From Octopus bimaculoides (taxonomy: Eukaryota), in assembly GCF_001194135.2 (NCBI RefSeq), contig NC_068982.1, positions 96,065,988 through 96,108,882 on the forward strand: a DNA stretch of 42,895 bases, in the 5' to 3' direction. The notes under the pieces are model-generated. The model was not told the DNA's origin. It was given only the letters and a program-made list of their open reading frames with translations, and made no database searches. Below, one piece after another: positions 1-11,499 of this stretch (the stretch's first letter is position 1; each line of letters opens with the position of its first letter). A program made the translations under genes and the position numbers.

Positions 1-228
1 TAGATGAAGAGTGGAGGGGAGTTGAGCCCATGTGGCGCAAAGGAGCGAAGATAGAAGATTAATCCCTGTTCACGGCGCAAACGGGAGTCCGGATGGCCCC
101 TGTGCATGGACAATCCAAACACAGACAGGTGTTGCCGCAAGGAGTGGCCGGCAGAACGGAAGTGGCGTGACACCGGGGTGTCATTGCCGACGTTGATGTC
201 TCGGAGGTGTTCCGCGAATCGGTCGGCA
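1..228 (-). mobile_element. Penelope-like element, 3' end of GIY-YIG endonuclease ORF (5'-truncated)
   Basis: The minus frame is open from 227 to the window edge: ADRFAEHLRDINVGNDTPVSRHFRSAGHSLRQHLSVFGLSMHRGHPDSRLRREQGLIFYLRSFAPHGLNSPPLFI. This matches the typical PLE C-terminus (RF.EH...PV..HF...GH...RE..LIF.L....P.GLN). GC/CpG-rich and abuts a (TA)n tract. Confidence 0.8.
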
Positions 229-244
229 TATATACACACATATA

Positions 245-278
<34 letters not shown>
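229..278. repeat. (TA)n/(CA)n microsatellite
   Basis: Direct reading of the sequence. Confidence 0.95.
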
Positions 279-280
<2 letters not shown>

Positions 281-281
281 T

Positions 282-730
282 TAAATAGAAATGGAGAAAA
301 TTTTTGATAACAAACAAACAAATGACCAACATCTCCTTTATATAGAAATAACCCATAAATATTTCTCTAGATCACTGCTAGTTCACTTTTTTGCCTATCG
401 ACTTCAAGCTCCATGCTGCAAGATGATATAGTTTTAATATATTGAGCCTTCTGACCTCATCTGAAGCCTTGTTCTTTCCTCTTCCATCTTCCATTTGGTT
501 ATTTTATTGTACGCATATGTATTCACTCTGATAAAGCTCCATGTATTAGGTCGAATGTGCTATGAAGATGACAAATATTTTTTTCAGAATTTCTTCTGTA
601 AGCACTAACATTGGAAGTGGAAATGGCCCTAAGAAATGTTATGCCATATTTTGTATTAATAAATAATTAACCGATGTTGATCAATTTGTTTGTTTGTTGA
701 TCAAAAGTTTTCTCCATTTTCTGATTACCT
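282..730. mobile_element. MITE-like element with ~50-bp imperfect terminal inverted repeats
   Basis: AAATGGAGAAAATTTTTGATAACAAACAAACAAATGACCAACATC (~289-333) is the imperfect reverse complement of GATGTTGATCAATTTGTTTGTTTGTTGATCAAAAGTTTTCTCCATTT (~671-719). Confidence 0.6.
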
Positions 731-897
731 AAATTTGATTCCTGATAAACTTTTGTTTATTCTGTTGTCACCTGTACCCTATGAGCATAGTGTGCCTGAA
801 AATCCCTGCCCAGGGATAGCATAGGTAATTGATATCGATAGTAAATATGGATACTATTATCCTTTAGACAGTTATTACAACTGCTAACTCTGCTTAC

Positions 898-928
<31 letters not shown>

Positions 929-1792
929 NNNNNNNNNNNNNNNNNNNNNNNNNNNNNNNNNNNNNNNNNNNNNNNNNNNNNNNNNNNNNNNNNNNNNNNN
1001 NNNNNNNNNNNNNNNNNNNNNNNNNNNNNNNNNNNNNNNNNNNNNNNNNNNNNNNNNNNNNNNNNNNNNNNNNNNNNNNNNNNNNNNNNNNNNNNNNNNN
1101 NNNNNNNNNNNNNNNNNNNNNNNNNNNNNNNNNNNNNNNNNNNNNNNNNNNNNNNNNNNNNNNNNNNNNNNNNNNNNNNNNNNNNNNNNNNNNNNNNNNN
1201 NNNNNNNNNNNNNNNNNNNNNNNNNNNNNNNNNNNNNNNNNNNNNNNNNNNNNNNNNNNNNNNNNNNNNNNNNNNNNNNNNNNNNNNNNNNNNNNNNNNN
1301 NNNNNNNNNNNNNNNNNNNNNNNNNNNNNNNNNNNNNNNNNNNNNNNNNNNNNNNNNNNNNNNNNNNNNNNNNNNNNNNNNNNNNNNNNNNNNNNNNNNN
1401 NNNNNNNNNNNNNNNNNNNNNNNNNNNNNNNNNNNNNNNNNNNNNNNNNNNNNNNNNNNNNNNNNNNNNNNNNNNNNNNNNNNNNNNNNNNNNNNNNNNN
1501 NNNNNNNNNNNNNNNNNNNNNNNNNNNNNNNNNNNNNNNNNNNNNNNNNNNNNNNNNNNNNNNNNNNNNNNNNNNNNNNNNNNNNNNNNNNNNNNNNNNN
1601 NNNNNNNNNNNNNNNNNNNNNNNNNNNNNNNNNNNNNNNNNNNNNNNNNNNNNNNNNNNNNNNNNNNNNNNNNNNNNNNNNNNNNNNNNNNNNNNNNNNN
1701 NNNNNNNNNNNNNNNNNNNNNNNNNNNNNNNNNNNNNNNNNNNNNNNNNNNNNNNNNNNNNNNNNNNNNNNNNNNNNNNNNNNNNNNNNNNN
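929..1792. other. assembly gap (N run)
   Basis: N run flanked by (TA)n. It may hide further TCP11-like exons. Confidence 1.
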
Positions 1793-2260
1793 TAAAGAAG
1801 TGAATCATAAATATGAAGAGCCTAACATTTATCCAAGGTCAAATTATTGATGCATCACAAGTATGGAAGCATTTGTTGAAGTCAATTTCACTTGAAAAGC
1901 GAATACACAAAAATGTCAAAATAGAGAGTGAAGCTTTTTGCCGTTGCTATGTCAATACCGGAAGTTGACATTGCATCACAAGTATGTAAGCATTTGGTAC
2001 AAAAACGTCAACATAGAGAGTGAAGCTTTTTGCCGTTGTTACGTCAATACTGGAAGTTAACATTGAGGAACCGTTTTAAAGAAGTGAATCATAAATATAA
2101 AGCAATATTATTTATTTTTAATAAAAAAAATCAAACGAAGAGCCTAACATTTATCCGAGGTCAAATTATTCATACATCACAAGTATGGAAGCATTTGGTG
2201 AAGTCGATTTCACGTGAAAAGCGAATACACAGACATCTCTGTTTTATATATTATAGATAT
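1793..2260. repeat. internally duplicated repeat, possibly a Helitron/DINE-like non-autonomous element
   Basis: 1793-1910 recurs imperfectly at ~2076-2230, and ~1911-1972 recurs at ~2000-2065. It ends in TTTTATATATTATAGAT, an end style seen in DINE/Helentron-associated elements (inference). Confidence 0.45.
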
Positions 2261-2531
2261 AGATATATAGATATAGATAGAAGATAGAAGATATATATAT
2301 ATATATATAAACACTAGCTTTTTATTCAATGCAATATGACTATCATTTCCATTTATGTGACAGATATCAATGTAAGCCAGTAGATTTTTGATAAACTGAG
2401 TTTTTAACTCAGTTACATTTCCTAGTTAATATTTATGTAAAGTATCTTCTAACTTCCCCTCCGCAACATAAATAATTATTGTTAATTATCATTAACACTT
2501 CCAAAATGAATCTTAATTAAATCTTGCATAC

Positions 2532-2652
2532 CTCTCTGATGGTCTCAATAATTTGTATGGCAGATTTATAATCTGGTGGGGTGGCATTCAGCTGTTCATC
2601 TATTTGGTTCCAGAATAAGTTATGAAATATAGTGTGTATCCGTTTGTAAAAA
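2532..2652 (-). CDS. TCP11L: T-complex protein 11-like, coding exon 3 (121 nt, phase 2 to phase 0)
   Basis: Acceptor ttcttctcttttattctttcttacatctag, donor GAG|gtatgc. Encodes (S)FYKRIHTIFHNLFWNQIDEQLNATPPDYKSAIQIIETIRE, which aligns by eye with the start of the TCP11 domain ([41 protein letters not shown]). Confidence 0.85.
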
Positions 2653-2896
2653 CTAGATGTAAGAAAGAATAAAAGAGAAGAAATTAACAAAAGCAAATAT
2701 TAATAATTTCTGGGTAATATACTTTAGGGAGAGTTTTAAATGAATAAAATGTAAGTTAGTTGAGTCTCTAACTGAATTTTTACTCACATTTGTCCATATT
2801 TCACTGGGAAGACAGGGAAGTGACAGTTTTAGTTTCATTTCTTTCCCAAGAGTAATCCTGACTTAAATTCAGATACAAGATGTATGAGTAAGTTAC

Positions 2897-2917
2897 CTGA
2901 AGAATGAATATTCATTT
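2897..2917 (-). other. candidate 21-nt frame-preserving cassette micro-exon
   Basis: ttgttgttctctgtag|AAATGAATATTCATTCTTCAG|gtaact. Phase 2 to phase 2, no stop, would insert RNEYSFF. No transcript evidence. Confidence 0.3.
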
Positions 2918-5339
2918 CTACAGAGAACAACAATGGTTAAAACCATGTGTCAATGAAGGAGCACCTACACATCATTTGACTTGCTACAAATAGCAGCCAA
3001 ACCTCTTTCAGACCACACCATCTTAAAAAAACAGGCACAGTGGATAATGTATTCCTCCTATAAAGACAGGACAATCACAACTGGAATGTCTTTTGGTCAT
3101 AGATCTGCTTAGTTAGAACTGAGCTAGAGCTAAACCATAATATTAGCTCTTAAAGACAGCAGTGGTACTAATAAACAAGATGTATAATATATAACAAAAT
3201 ATCACTGATTGATTGAATTTATTCTCATGACCAAGGCATAAAAGTCACCGAATAGCAACAAGTGATAGGTGGGGAATTTAAATAAATCAATTAAACTAGA
3301 CATTGTGAGATCAAGTGGAAATGTATTCCAATACCTTGGAGGCTGCAATCACACCTCTTGTTGAGAAAAAAAATACGTATTATATAAAAAGTTAGTATAC
3401 ATGAATGTTCAGTAGCGAATTTGGTTTGTGCTTTTCTACAGTTTCATCATCATTATTATAACAGCTACTTTTCTATTCCCACATAGATCAGATAGAATTT
3501 TGTTGAGGCAAATATTTTTCAGCTGCATGCCTTTCTTGTCACCAACCTTAACCTGTTGCCAAATAAAATAGTTTTTCTCCAAGACCAAATATGTTTTCAT
3601 GGAAGACACATATGGCTTTGGTCAGCCCAGGACTACAATAGATGACATCTGCCCAAGGTGACAAGCAGCAGGATCAAACCCAGAACCATGTAGTTGGGAA
3701 GTATAATTACTTACTACACAGCCATGCCTGTACCGATACTAAACAAAAAAGTAGGTCAGAAAAAAATGTTTTGTTGAATGTAGGTGAGCAGCCAGCAAGG
3801 TAAATACACAAACCAATTTCAAGTCCCAGTTAAAGCTATTTCACTTCACTGTACTAAACTGAGTCATTTTTACTCTTGGCAGAGGCATGAAATATTGTTT
3901 AATATAAACAGTGAAGTTGGGTGGAGGGAAAGATATGAAGAATAAAGAGAAATGACATAATAACATTAAAATACAATGAATAGTCAGTAAGTAATTACAC
4001 ATGAAATAGATTGTTGCTATATCTATTTGTTTGTCAATCTACTGAACTCTGCACAGAGAAAGAAAAATAAAACGTCTTTATTCATTTCCATATTTACAAG
4101 AATTTCAATACAGCATGGGATATGAATGAATAAATAACTCCATATATTTATTTATAAGCTAGGCTGTACTGGCATTCTGTTAATTACAGTCAGGTCATCA
4201 ACATTGTAGAGTCATGTAAATGAATTGTACCTGACACAAACTTGTATACATTTCAATAAATACTTTCTGGCTATAATTGCTCAACATTTTGGGAAAGAGA
4301 GGTAAGTAAATCATGATGAACTGCTAAGCAACAATAAAACTAGTTGGTTCATCTCAAGCTGCTGAAAAGGTGCTCATAGGGTTTAATTTCACAACAAGAC
4401 TAAATACATATAGATATATATATTTATTTGTCCATATCACAATATTTCCATGTTTTACATTTTTATTTTTTAAATATTCACATATAAATATTAATATCAA
4501 CATCTGCAGCAACAACAATATTAAACTGATATCTGTTGTACCATATTACTGTGGGCTGGACAGTCCACACAGTACAGCATCAATTCATGTTTTGATCCTA
4601 AGTCAATTATTTGAGATTAAATCTTCTCAAATTTCATTTCCACATTTTTTTTCAAGCTTTCATTGGACTACATTTAACATGTTTCACTGTTAACCAAACA
4701 ATATATTCACACACATGCATACACACACATATATATAGCTACTACTTCAAGATGCTTATTTCTATTCCTCATACTCTAACTTTTCATCTGGCACAGAGCC
4801 ACTTTCCTCAATATTACTCTCTACTAGTTGAGGAATCTTGTAAATTATTTGGTGGCCTCACTGCTACAGTGCTACATAAAAAGCACCCAGTACACTGTGT
4901 AAATTGGTTGGCATTAGGAAGGGCACCCAACCATAGAAACTATGCCAAAGTAAACAGTAGAGCTAGGTCTCGTCCAATACATGCCAACATGGAAAACAGA
5001 TGTTAAATGATGATAATGGTTGTTGTAATTTTTTATGACTACTTTTCATGTTCACAGATCATTTCATTTCTTCTAAATGGGTCACAAGGACCACATCTCA
5101 CTCATTTTCAGACTGGTTTCTACAGCTGGACACCCTTCCACATTATAGAGTATACTAGATGTATTTTATCATGGCACCAGCTCCAGAAAGGAGTGAGTGA
5201 GTGGTGGAGAGCTAGAAGTGGATAAATAGTGAGAGTGAATAATAGGTGTTGATGCCAAATGGCCAGTGACTTGATATATTGTGCAACAAGTCAGTCATTT
5301 CTTTCACACACATCTGTATTGTATCCTCAGTTCATTTAT

Positions 5340-5630
5340 GCTTAACATTTCCAGTATCTAATTTGTTCTGTTTCCACTTCTGAAGATCCATAGTATTCAC
5401 TATCATGCAACATCACACTTTTATCTCTGGTCTACAGATGTACTGTCTTTCCACCACCTTTAGAAGAGCAGGCTCAGAGCTGGCTGATTTTCTGCCACCT
5501 CCACTCATGCATATCTCCTCTTATTGCCCATGTCCAGTGACCACCTATTTTTGGTTCCCACATTAATCACTTTTCCTAAAAGATCAGCCTTCTGAAATTC
5601 TTACCATGCACATGTTTCTCTTGCAACCAT
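5340..5630 (-). mobile_element. decayed RTE-like LINE fragment
   Basis: The minus strand contains GTGTGATGTTGCATGATAGTGAA, resembling the SVMLHGSETW motif of RTE reverse-transcriptase C-termini. Many stops. Confidence 0.45.
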
Positions 5631-5640
5631 CAACTTGCAG

Positions 5641-6056
5641 TTACTCTTTTACTCTTTACTGTTTTACTTGTTTCAGTCATTTGACTGCGGCCATGCTGGA
5701 GCACCGCCTTTAGTCGAGCAAATCGACCCCAGGACTTATTCTTTGGAAGCCTAGTACTTATTCTATTGGTCTCTTTTGCCGAACCGCTAAGTTACGGGGA
5801 CGTAAACACACCACCATCGGTTGTCAAGCGATGTTGGGGGGACAAACACAGACACACAAACACACACATACATATACATATATATATATACATACATACG
5901 ACGGGCTTCTTTCAGTTTCCATCTACCAAATCCACTCACAAGGCTTTGGTCGGCCCGAGGCTATAGTGGAAGACACTTGCCCAAGGTGCCACACAGTGGG
6001 TATGAACCCGGAACCATGTGGTTGGTAAGCAAGCTACTTACCACACAGCCACTCCT
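5641..6056 (-). mobile_element. full-length tRNA-derived SINE (family A) with internal CA/TA microsatellite
   Basis: tRNA-like head (GGCTGTGTGGTAAG...GGTTCATACCC), internal microsatellite and GAGTAAAA-repeat tail. Homologous copies at 14493-14937 (+), ~18866-19075 (+), ~8330-8460 (-) and 39700-40170 (-). Confidence 0.85.
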
Positions 6057-6227
6057 TACATTACATGTCAATCTTACCTATTCAGAGGTCATGCAAAGAC
6101 CATAAACACAACTCCTTCCTCCAGACCAAATGATTAAAAAAAACCCCAATAAACTAAAAGACTTTTTAATGCCTGGATAAACAAAAAAAAAATAATAATA
6201 ATAAATAAAATAAAAGGTTGAACAAAC

Positions 6228-6339
6228 CTGTTTTCTGGAGGCTGAGGCCTTTCTAACTCATATTTTTCATTGATAACTATTTCATGGAGAAGTTCCATAT
6301 CTCGGAAGCAATTATAGATTTCTGTAGATTTTTCCGATG
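6228..6339 (-). CDS. TCP11L: T-complex protein 11-like, coding exon 2 (112 nt, phase 1 to phase 2)
   Basis: Acceptor attctggtttcag, donor CAG|gtttgt. Encodes (S)SEKSTEIYNCFRDMELLHEIVINEKYELERPQPPEN(S), matching the TCP11L motif [24 protein letters not shown]. Phases fit both neighbouring exons. Confidence 0.85.
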
Positions 6340-7929
6340 CTGAAACCAGAATTGAATATTTTCATGAGTGAGACAGAATGGAAGAAATAGCAAACTCTAC
6401 ATAAAATAACCAACAATGTTTAGTTATATCACTTTACAGTTTAAATCCAAATCCTGCAGAGATTATTCCTCTGGGGCTCATGAAATGAAGATCATCAAAG
6501 CATTGGGATGGATTCTACTAAGTAACCACTTCCAATAAAGTTTGTGACCCTCTTCTGAACCACAGAAATCATTATTAATTACAAGTACTGGAACAGCATC
6601 ATTGATAGCATTCCAAACTCACCAAATAACTTGCAGTCTTTTGTTTGTCCCACTAAGAAAACACTTTTGTATTTACCTCCCTCTGAGGTCAATACACTAA
6701 GTATTGGGGTTAATTTGATTGATTATATCCTTTCTTTATAAATGTCTGGCTTTGTGCCAACATAAGAAATTACCATTATTGCATCTTCTGCAGCTACTGC
6801 TGCTGCTACAGCTGAGGTACAATGAATTTGAGGTTGGGTTTTTGAATAATGGTTGTAAGTTCAGACTTAATTCTAATTGCTCCAGTTTACTTGAATCAAC
6901 AAAAACATAAAAAAATAAAACCCAAGGTCTACTCCCTTTCTATGATTAAGTACTTGGAGAATCCAACTATAAAAATCAGCTGCTCTAATAGAAGAGGAAG
7001 CTTTCCAGATCATCTTGTCAAGCAAGGAACTTGACAAAGGAGCCACTATGTGGTTACTCAACCAGCTCGAAATAACCACCAAATCTTTATCAAATTATGC
7101 TTTACCATTTTGTAAAATGAGATACAGTATATAATGTGGTCCTATATACACAATACTTAAGAGAAGGATCGGGTGGTTATGACTGGAAACCCTTTAATTA
7201 TAGGTATACTCAGTGAGGTTTGCCAGGGGTTAAAGAAAAACTTCTCCAACAAATATATTGTTCCATCTATGCCAAGCTAGGGAAGTGGATGTAAAACAAT
7301 TTATTAAAAAATTGAATTAATTTCTGTCACATCACTGAAGCTTTTATTCTGAGTTCTAGAATGACATTTTGTAACAATAATGTTTTAATCCCATCCCAGA
7401 CTTCCTTTATCTGCAATTAGACATTGCAGATTAGAAACAGTTTATGAAGACATTGCAAGTGAGAGGTTCCAGATGTTCCAACTTCCAACTATAACAAAAA
7501 AGTCAAATATCTTATTATCACATATTTTAAATCCACCACCAAGAAAAAGATTAATGGATAGAGCTTTTCCTGGATTTCATACCATTAAGCAATTTGGAGA
7601 TATCTTTACTGAACATATAGGATTATCAGTCATAGTAGCAGTTCCCACTGAAAGGAAATTTGTATAACTATAAAGAATCACAACCAAAGCTCTTTTATCA
7701 TAGACATAATCATCATTATTTTCACATCCATTTTTTCATGCTCACTTAGGTCAATCAGAATTTGGTGAGGTGAATTTTCTACAGCCAGATGCCCTTCTTC
7801 TCACCAACCATAACCTGTTTCCAAGTAAGGTAATATTTCCTCAAGGCCAGACATGTTTTCATGGAAGATTGGAAATGAAGGACACAGCTTGTTTACAACT
7901 ATCATGCAAAATCAAAGAGACACATACAC

Positions 7930-7930
<1 letters not shown>

Positions 7931-7968
<38 letters not shown>
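7931..7968. repeat. (TG)n microsatellite
   Basis: Direct reading of the sequence. Confidence 0.95.
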
Positions 7969-7970
<2 letters not shown>

Positions 7971-8047
7971 TGTCTATATGTCCTTGACTTGGATTAACAG
8001 TTGTAAACAAGTGGCACTATATATATATATATATATCAATCAAAAGT

Positions 8048-8296
8048 GGAGGTGTGTGACCTAATGGTTAGGGTGTCAGCATCACGATCGTAAGATTGTG
8101 GTTTCGATTCCTGGACAGGGTGATGCGTTGTGTTCTTGAGCAAAACACTTCATTTCACGTTGCTCCAGTCTGCTCAGCTGGCAAAAATGAGTAACGCTGC
8201 GATGGACTGGCATCCCATCCAGCTGGGGAACACATACACCATTGAAACCGGGAAGCCTGACCCATGAGCCTGGCTAGGCTTTAAAAGGGCGCATTT
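8048..8296 (+). mobile_element. tRNA-derived SINE with V/CORE-like central domain
   Basis: A-box and B-box-like head (TGACCTAATGG...GGTTTCGATTCC) followed by GCGATGGACTGGCATCCCATCCAG, a V-SINE-like motif. Confidence 0.7.
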
Positions 8297-9212
8297 GATT
8301 TTTGATATATATATATACATATATATACCCACACATAATGGGCTCCTTTCAGTTTCTATCTACCAAATCCACTCATAAGGCACTTGTCCAAAGTACCATA
8401 GCTGGATTGAATCCAAAACTAAGTGGCTGGAAAGCAAACTTCTTAACCACACATCCATGCCTACATATGAAAATATATATTTGCTGTTTGAAATCAATTT
8501 GTCTAAAGTTGAAAACCCCAAACATCTGCATAGTGTAGAAGCAAGTATTTTTACAATTGAAGATCCTCTTTATCAATAAATGTTCGACAATGAAGTACAC
8601 CTCAAGTTAGGAGTATTTAATTGTTAGGTGTATCTCAAGTTAGTCAGGCAGACCAAGCAATGTCTGTACTTTGTTTGGTGACTTAACACAATTCTTTTTA
8701 TAATAAGGAACTATGAAGGGTCAATGATTAGCTCTGGTTTAGCAAATGAAAGTAAATCCACACCCAGATTCCTAAAAACCAATGTTCAAAGGACATTTTA
8801 GACTTTGCTGTGCATACATATCAGAATCCTACCAAGATTGGTCAGCATTCAACATAATGGTTTGTAAAAAAAACAGAACCATCTGAGAAATAATGAAGCA
8901 TGCTATTGAGAAACGTTTTACAAGTAAAATGACACTAATTTACGCAAACAAAGAAAAAAAAAAAAATTTTGAAAAATGAGTAGCAACGGAAAAACTTGAT
9001 AAGAATAAAACCTTTATCTATATGATATACTTAATGCATGTATATCATAGAAGAGCCAGTATTTGCAATGTTCATCTGGGAAAAGATCCCTTTATATTAT
9101 ATTGAATATTGTATTAATAAAAATGAAAGATAGAAAAGGAGAATATAAAACAGATCATGACTAACTGTATAAGAAGAATGCAACATGTAATGCTCCCACA
9201 TGATCTCTGATA

Positions 9213-9581
9213 TGGTGGTTGGCACTCCGTCGCTTACGACGTCGGGGGTTCCAGTTGATCCAATCAACGGAACAGCCTGCTCATGAAATTAACGTGCAAG
9301 TGGCCGAGCACTCCACAGACACGTGTACCCTTAACATAGTTCTCGGGGATATTCAGCGTGACACAGTGTGACAAGGCTGGCCCTTTGAAATACAGGTACA
9401 ACAGAAACAGGAAGTAAGAGTGAGAGAAAGTTGTGGTGGAAGAGTACAGCAGGGTTCGCCACCATCCCCTGTCGGAGCCTCGTGGAGCTTTAGGTGTTTT
9501 CGCTCAATAAACACTCACAACGCCCGGTCTGGGAACCGAAACCACGATCCTATGACCGCGAGTCCACTGCCCTAACCACTG
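9213..9581 (-). mobile_element. tRNA-derived SINE (family B)
   Basis: tRNA-like head at the right end (CAGTGGTTAGGGCAGTGGACTC...GGTTTCGGTTCCC). A second, more diverged copy lies at 11500-11815. Confidence 0.8.
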
Positions 9582-9749
9582 ATATAAAGGAATATGTAGT
9601 TGCCCAGCCTGCTAGATAGAATAGTTAAACATTCTTCATACTGTTAAAAGAAATAGAAGGACACACTGAATAATGTAGCTTTAGATTTATTATACCAATA
9701 AAAATTAAATGATAGTGTGGTGATAGCCAGAACATTTTGCTCAGAAGTT

Positions 9750-10760
9750 TGACCAGAATGCAAATAACAACAGCACTCCAAATAAAATGAAGCACATAGA
9801 ATTAAATGTACAACTTAAAGATATAAAAAACTTCTGCAGGAAATTTAAAGGGAACTCCCTATAAGTTGACAGTACGACATGTTGACATTTCTTTATTGAC
9901 ATGTAAAAGTGAAAATGCCACAAGAGGCTTTTAAAAACCCGTGCTTAGCTCTTTAGAAAATAAATAATATATTTCTTTTCTGGATGGGATATCAGCCTAC
10001 AGCGATAACATCCTCAGATGATCTGCTACCTTTTTTTTTGACAGCTAGCTGAATTGGATTAAAGTAGAATAAAATTCCTGGCCAAAAATAATAGAACATC
10101 TGCTGCCAAAATTGACTCCTGGCTATGGACTGGTAATCCAATACCACTTTAGAACCACTTTAGTCTCTTGCACAATAAAATTTACAATCTCATTATCAAA
10201 AAGTAGCATAATATATTTCCTTTCCTTTGCATCCAGCATGAGCATAAATTCTTTTCAGATTCCTGAACTGGTGCTGTTTAACAAATGTACAAAAGGAGAA
10301 AAATTGGTGCATTTTTTCCATCTAGAGCAGTGGTTCCCAAACTTTTTCAGGCTGCTACCCCCTTGACACTCAGACCACATTCCTAGCACCCCTACCCCTA
10401 ACTAACCATCACAAACATAGACCCCTTTCTGAAGCAAATTGAAAGCAACTGCATTTCATAAATAAAAATTAACCTAATGAACCCATTATTTTGTTGTTTT
10501 TACATGTATTGCTACCCCATTATTGTCCCAATTTTTACATGAATCGCTACCCCATTATCACCCCACTTTTCTTCAACGACACCTTGGAACTTTCCACCAC
10601 CCCTAAGGGATCAATACTGCCCACTTTGGGAACCACTGATCTAGAGCATCACTTTCTTCTGTGCTATCATCATCTACCTCATCTGATGATGAAGGAAAGT
10701 CAGAACATTGCTGTTTAAATCTTCCATTTGTGACTTAATTTCTCTAAGTGTAAGGGTCAC
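9750..10760 (-). pseudogene. highly decayed piggyBac-like transposase remnant (interrupted by the hAT MITE)
   Basis: 10159-10209 reads MLLFDNEIVNFIVQETK, similar to the piggyBac/PGBD LFFDDEI...IV..TN motif. It is preceded, across the excised MITE, by an acidic Ser-rich stretch (SDFPSSSDEVDDDSTEESDALDGK) and followed by LARNF (cf. MSRNRF). Many frameshifts. Confidence 0.4.
10328..10638. mobile_element. hAT (Charlie-type) MITE, 311 bp
   Basis: 14-bp TIRs CAGTGGTTCCCAAA / TTTGGGAACCACTG and a perfect 8-bp TSD ATCTAGAG at 10320-10327 and 10639-10646 (NTCTAGAN target typical of Charlie hATs). Confidence 0.92.
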
Positions 10761-10984
10761 TTATGCTTAGGTGCATTTGATGAAGTAGACATTCAGGCAT
10801 CAATTGATGATGATGGACATATCATCTAAAATTTTTGAAACATCGACTGATGATGTCTGCTGTTAAGAGTTAATACTACAGGTACCATTATATCTCTTAA
10901 GTAGGAACTAAAATACCAATATCACACCATACTTTCTTCTTGATGAAACTACTCAAGAATTGAAAAATGAGGAAAATTACTTAC

Positions 10985-11105
10985 ATAAGTGAAGGAGAAA
11001 TGGCTCATCTGGCATCATTCTTTTAAAAGATTTGCTTTCTGATTGTGATGAATTCATTTCCAGAGTTGATTCCTTCTCTTTGGATTCATTAGGAGTATCA
11101 GACAT
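10985..11105 (-). CDS. TCP11L: T-complex protein 11-like, first coding exon (whole exon 10985-11149 including 44 nt of 5'UTR)
   Basis: Strong acceptor tttttttttttgtttag before 11149, an in-frame TGA upstream of the ATG at 11105, and donor TTAT|gtaagt (phase 1) compatible with exon 2. Encodes MSDTPNESKEKESTLEMNSSQSESKSFKRMMPDEPFLLHL. The N-terminus is not conserved, so support comes from splice signals and phase. Confidence 0.7.
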
Positions 11106-11499
11106 GCTTAGAAATCCTCAGAGAGATAGAAATAGATGGTGATAATTTCCTAAACAAAAAAAAAACATAATAAATAACAGAATTTACATAGTACCCAACT
11201 ACCTTCATTGTTATTTTTTCTAGTTCACATCACAGTTTTCCTGATGAGATGAGCAAGTTTCTTTTTTGTTTGAACAATTATTGTAGCAGGTGAATATCAT
11301 TCAACCAAGTGTGAAATAGAAAAGAACATGCCTGTTTGGTTATCAGGTAAACAAACCTTCATATGACAAATACAACACTGTGGATCACTTACAGGCCCCA
11401 ACACAATAACAACAAGGTTTGAACTTGTGTTCATATTTAGTGTTTCAACATTTTTACCTCACTGTCAGTGTGATTTTTTTTTTACACAACAACACATAT

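Noticed and set aside
900-1808. Long ORFs in the track spanning N runs (also 16103-16722 and 32188-33038)
   Set aside because: They consist of X codons from assembly gaps. Only the Tc1 portion after 32874 is real.
6770-6890. Minus-strand exon-like segment KLEQLELSLNLQ...SSSSCRRCNN
   Set aside because: Its entry phase does not fit the phase-1 donor of the first coding exon, and it is low-complexity with no TCP11 similarity.
7430-7667. Plus-strand frame ...VYEDIASERFQMFQLPTITKKSNILLSHILNPPPRKRLMDRAFPGFHTIKQF...
   Set aside because: No recognisable family and no partner exons. It is antisense within a TCP11-like intron and its length is compatible with chance.
8048-8130. tRNA-like sequences (also 5990-6056, 9500-9581, 14493-14550)
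   Set aside because: These are SINE heads with A/B boxes that continue into SINE bodies. There is no complete cloverleaf.
10680-11260. CTGATGA and ATGATGA motifs as hammerhead ribozyme or C/D snoRNA cores
   Set aside because: No matching GAAA with stems, and no properly spaced box D.
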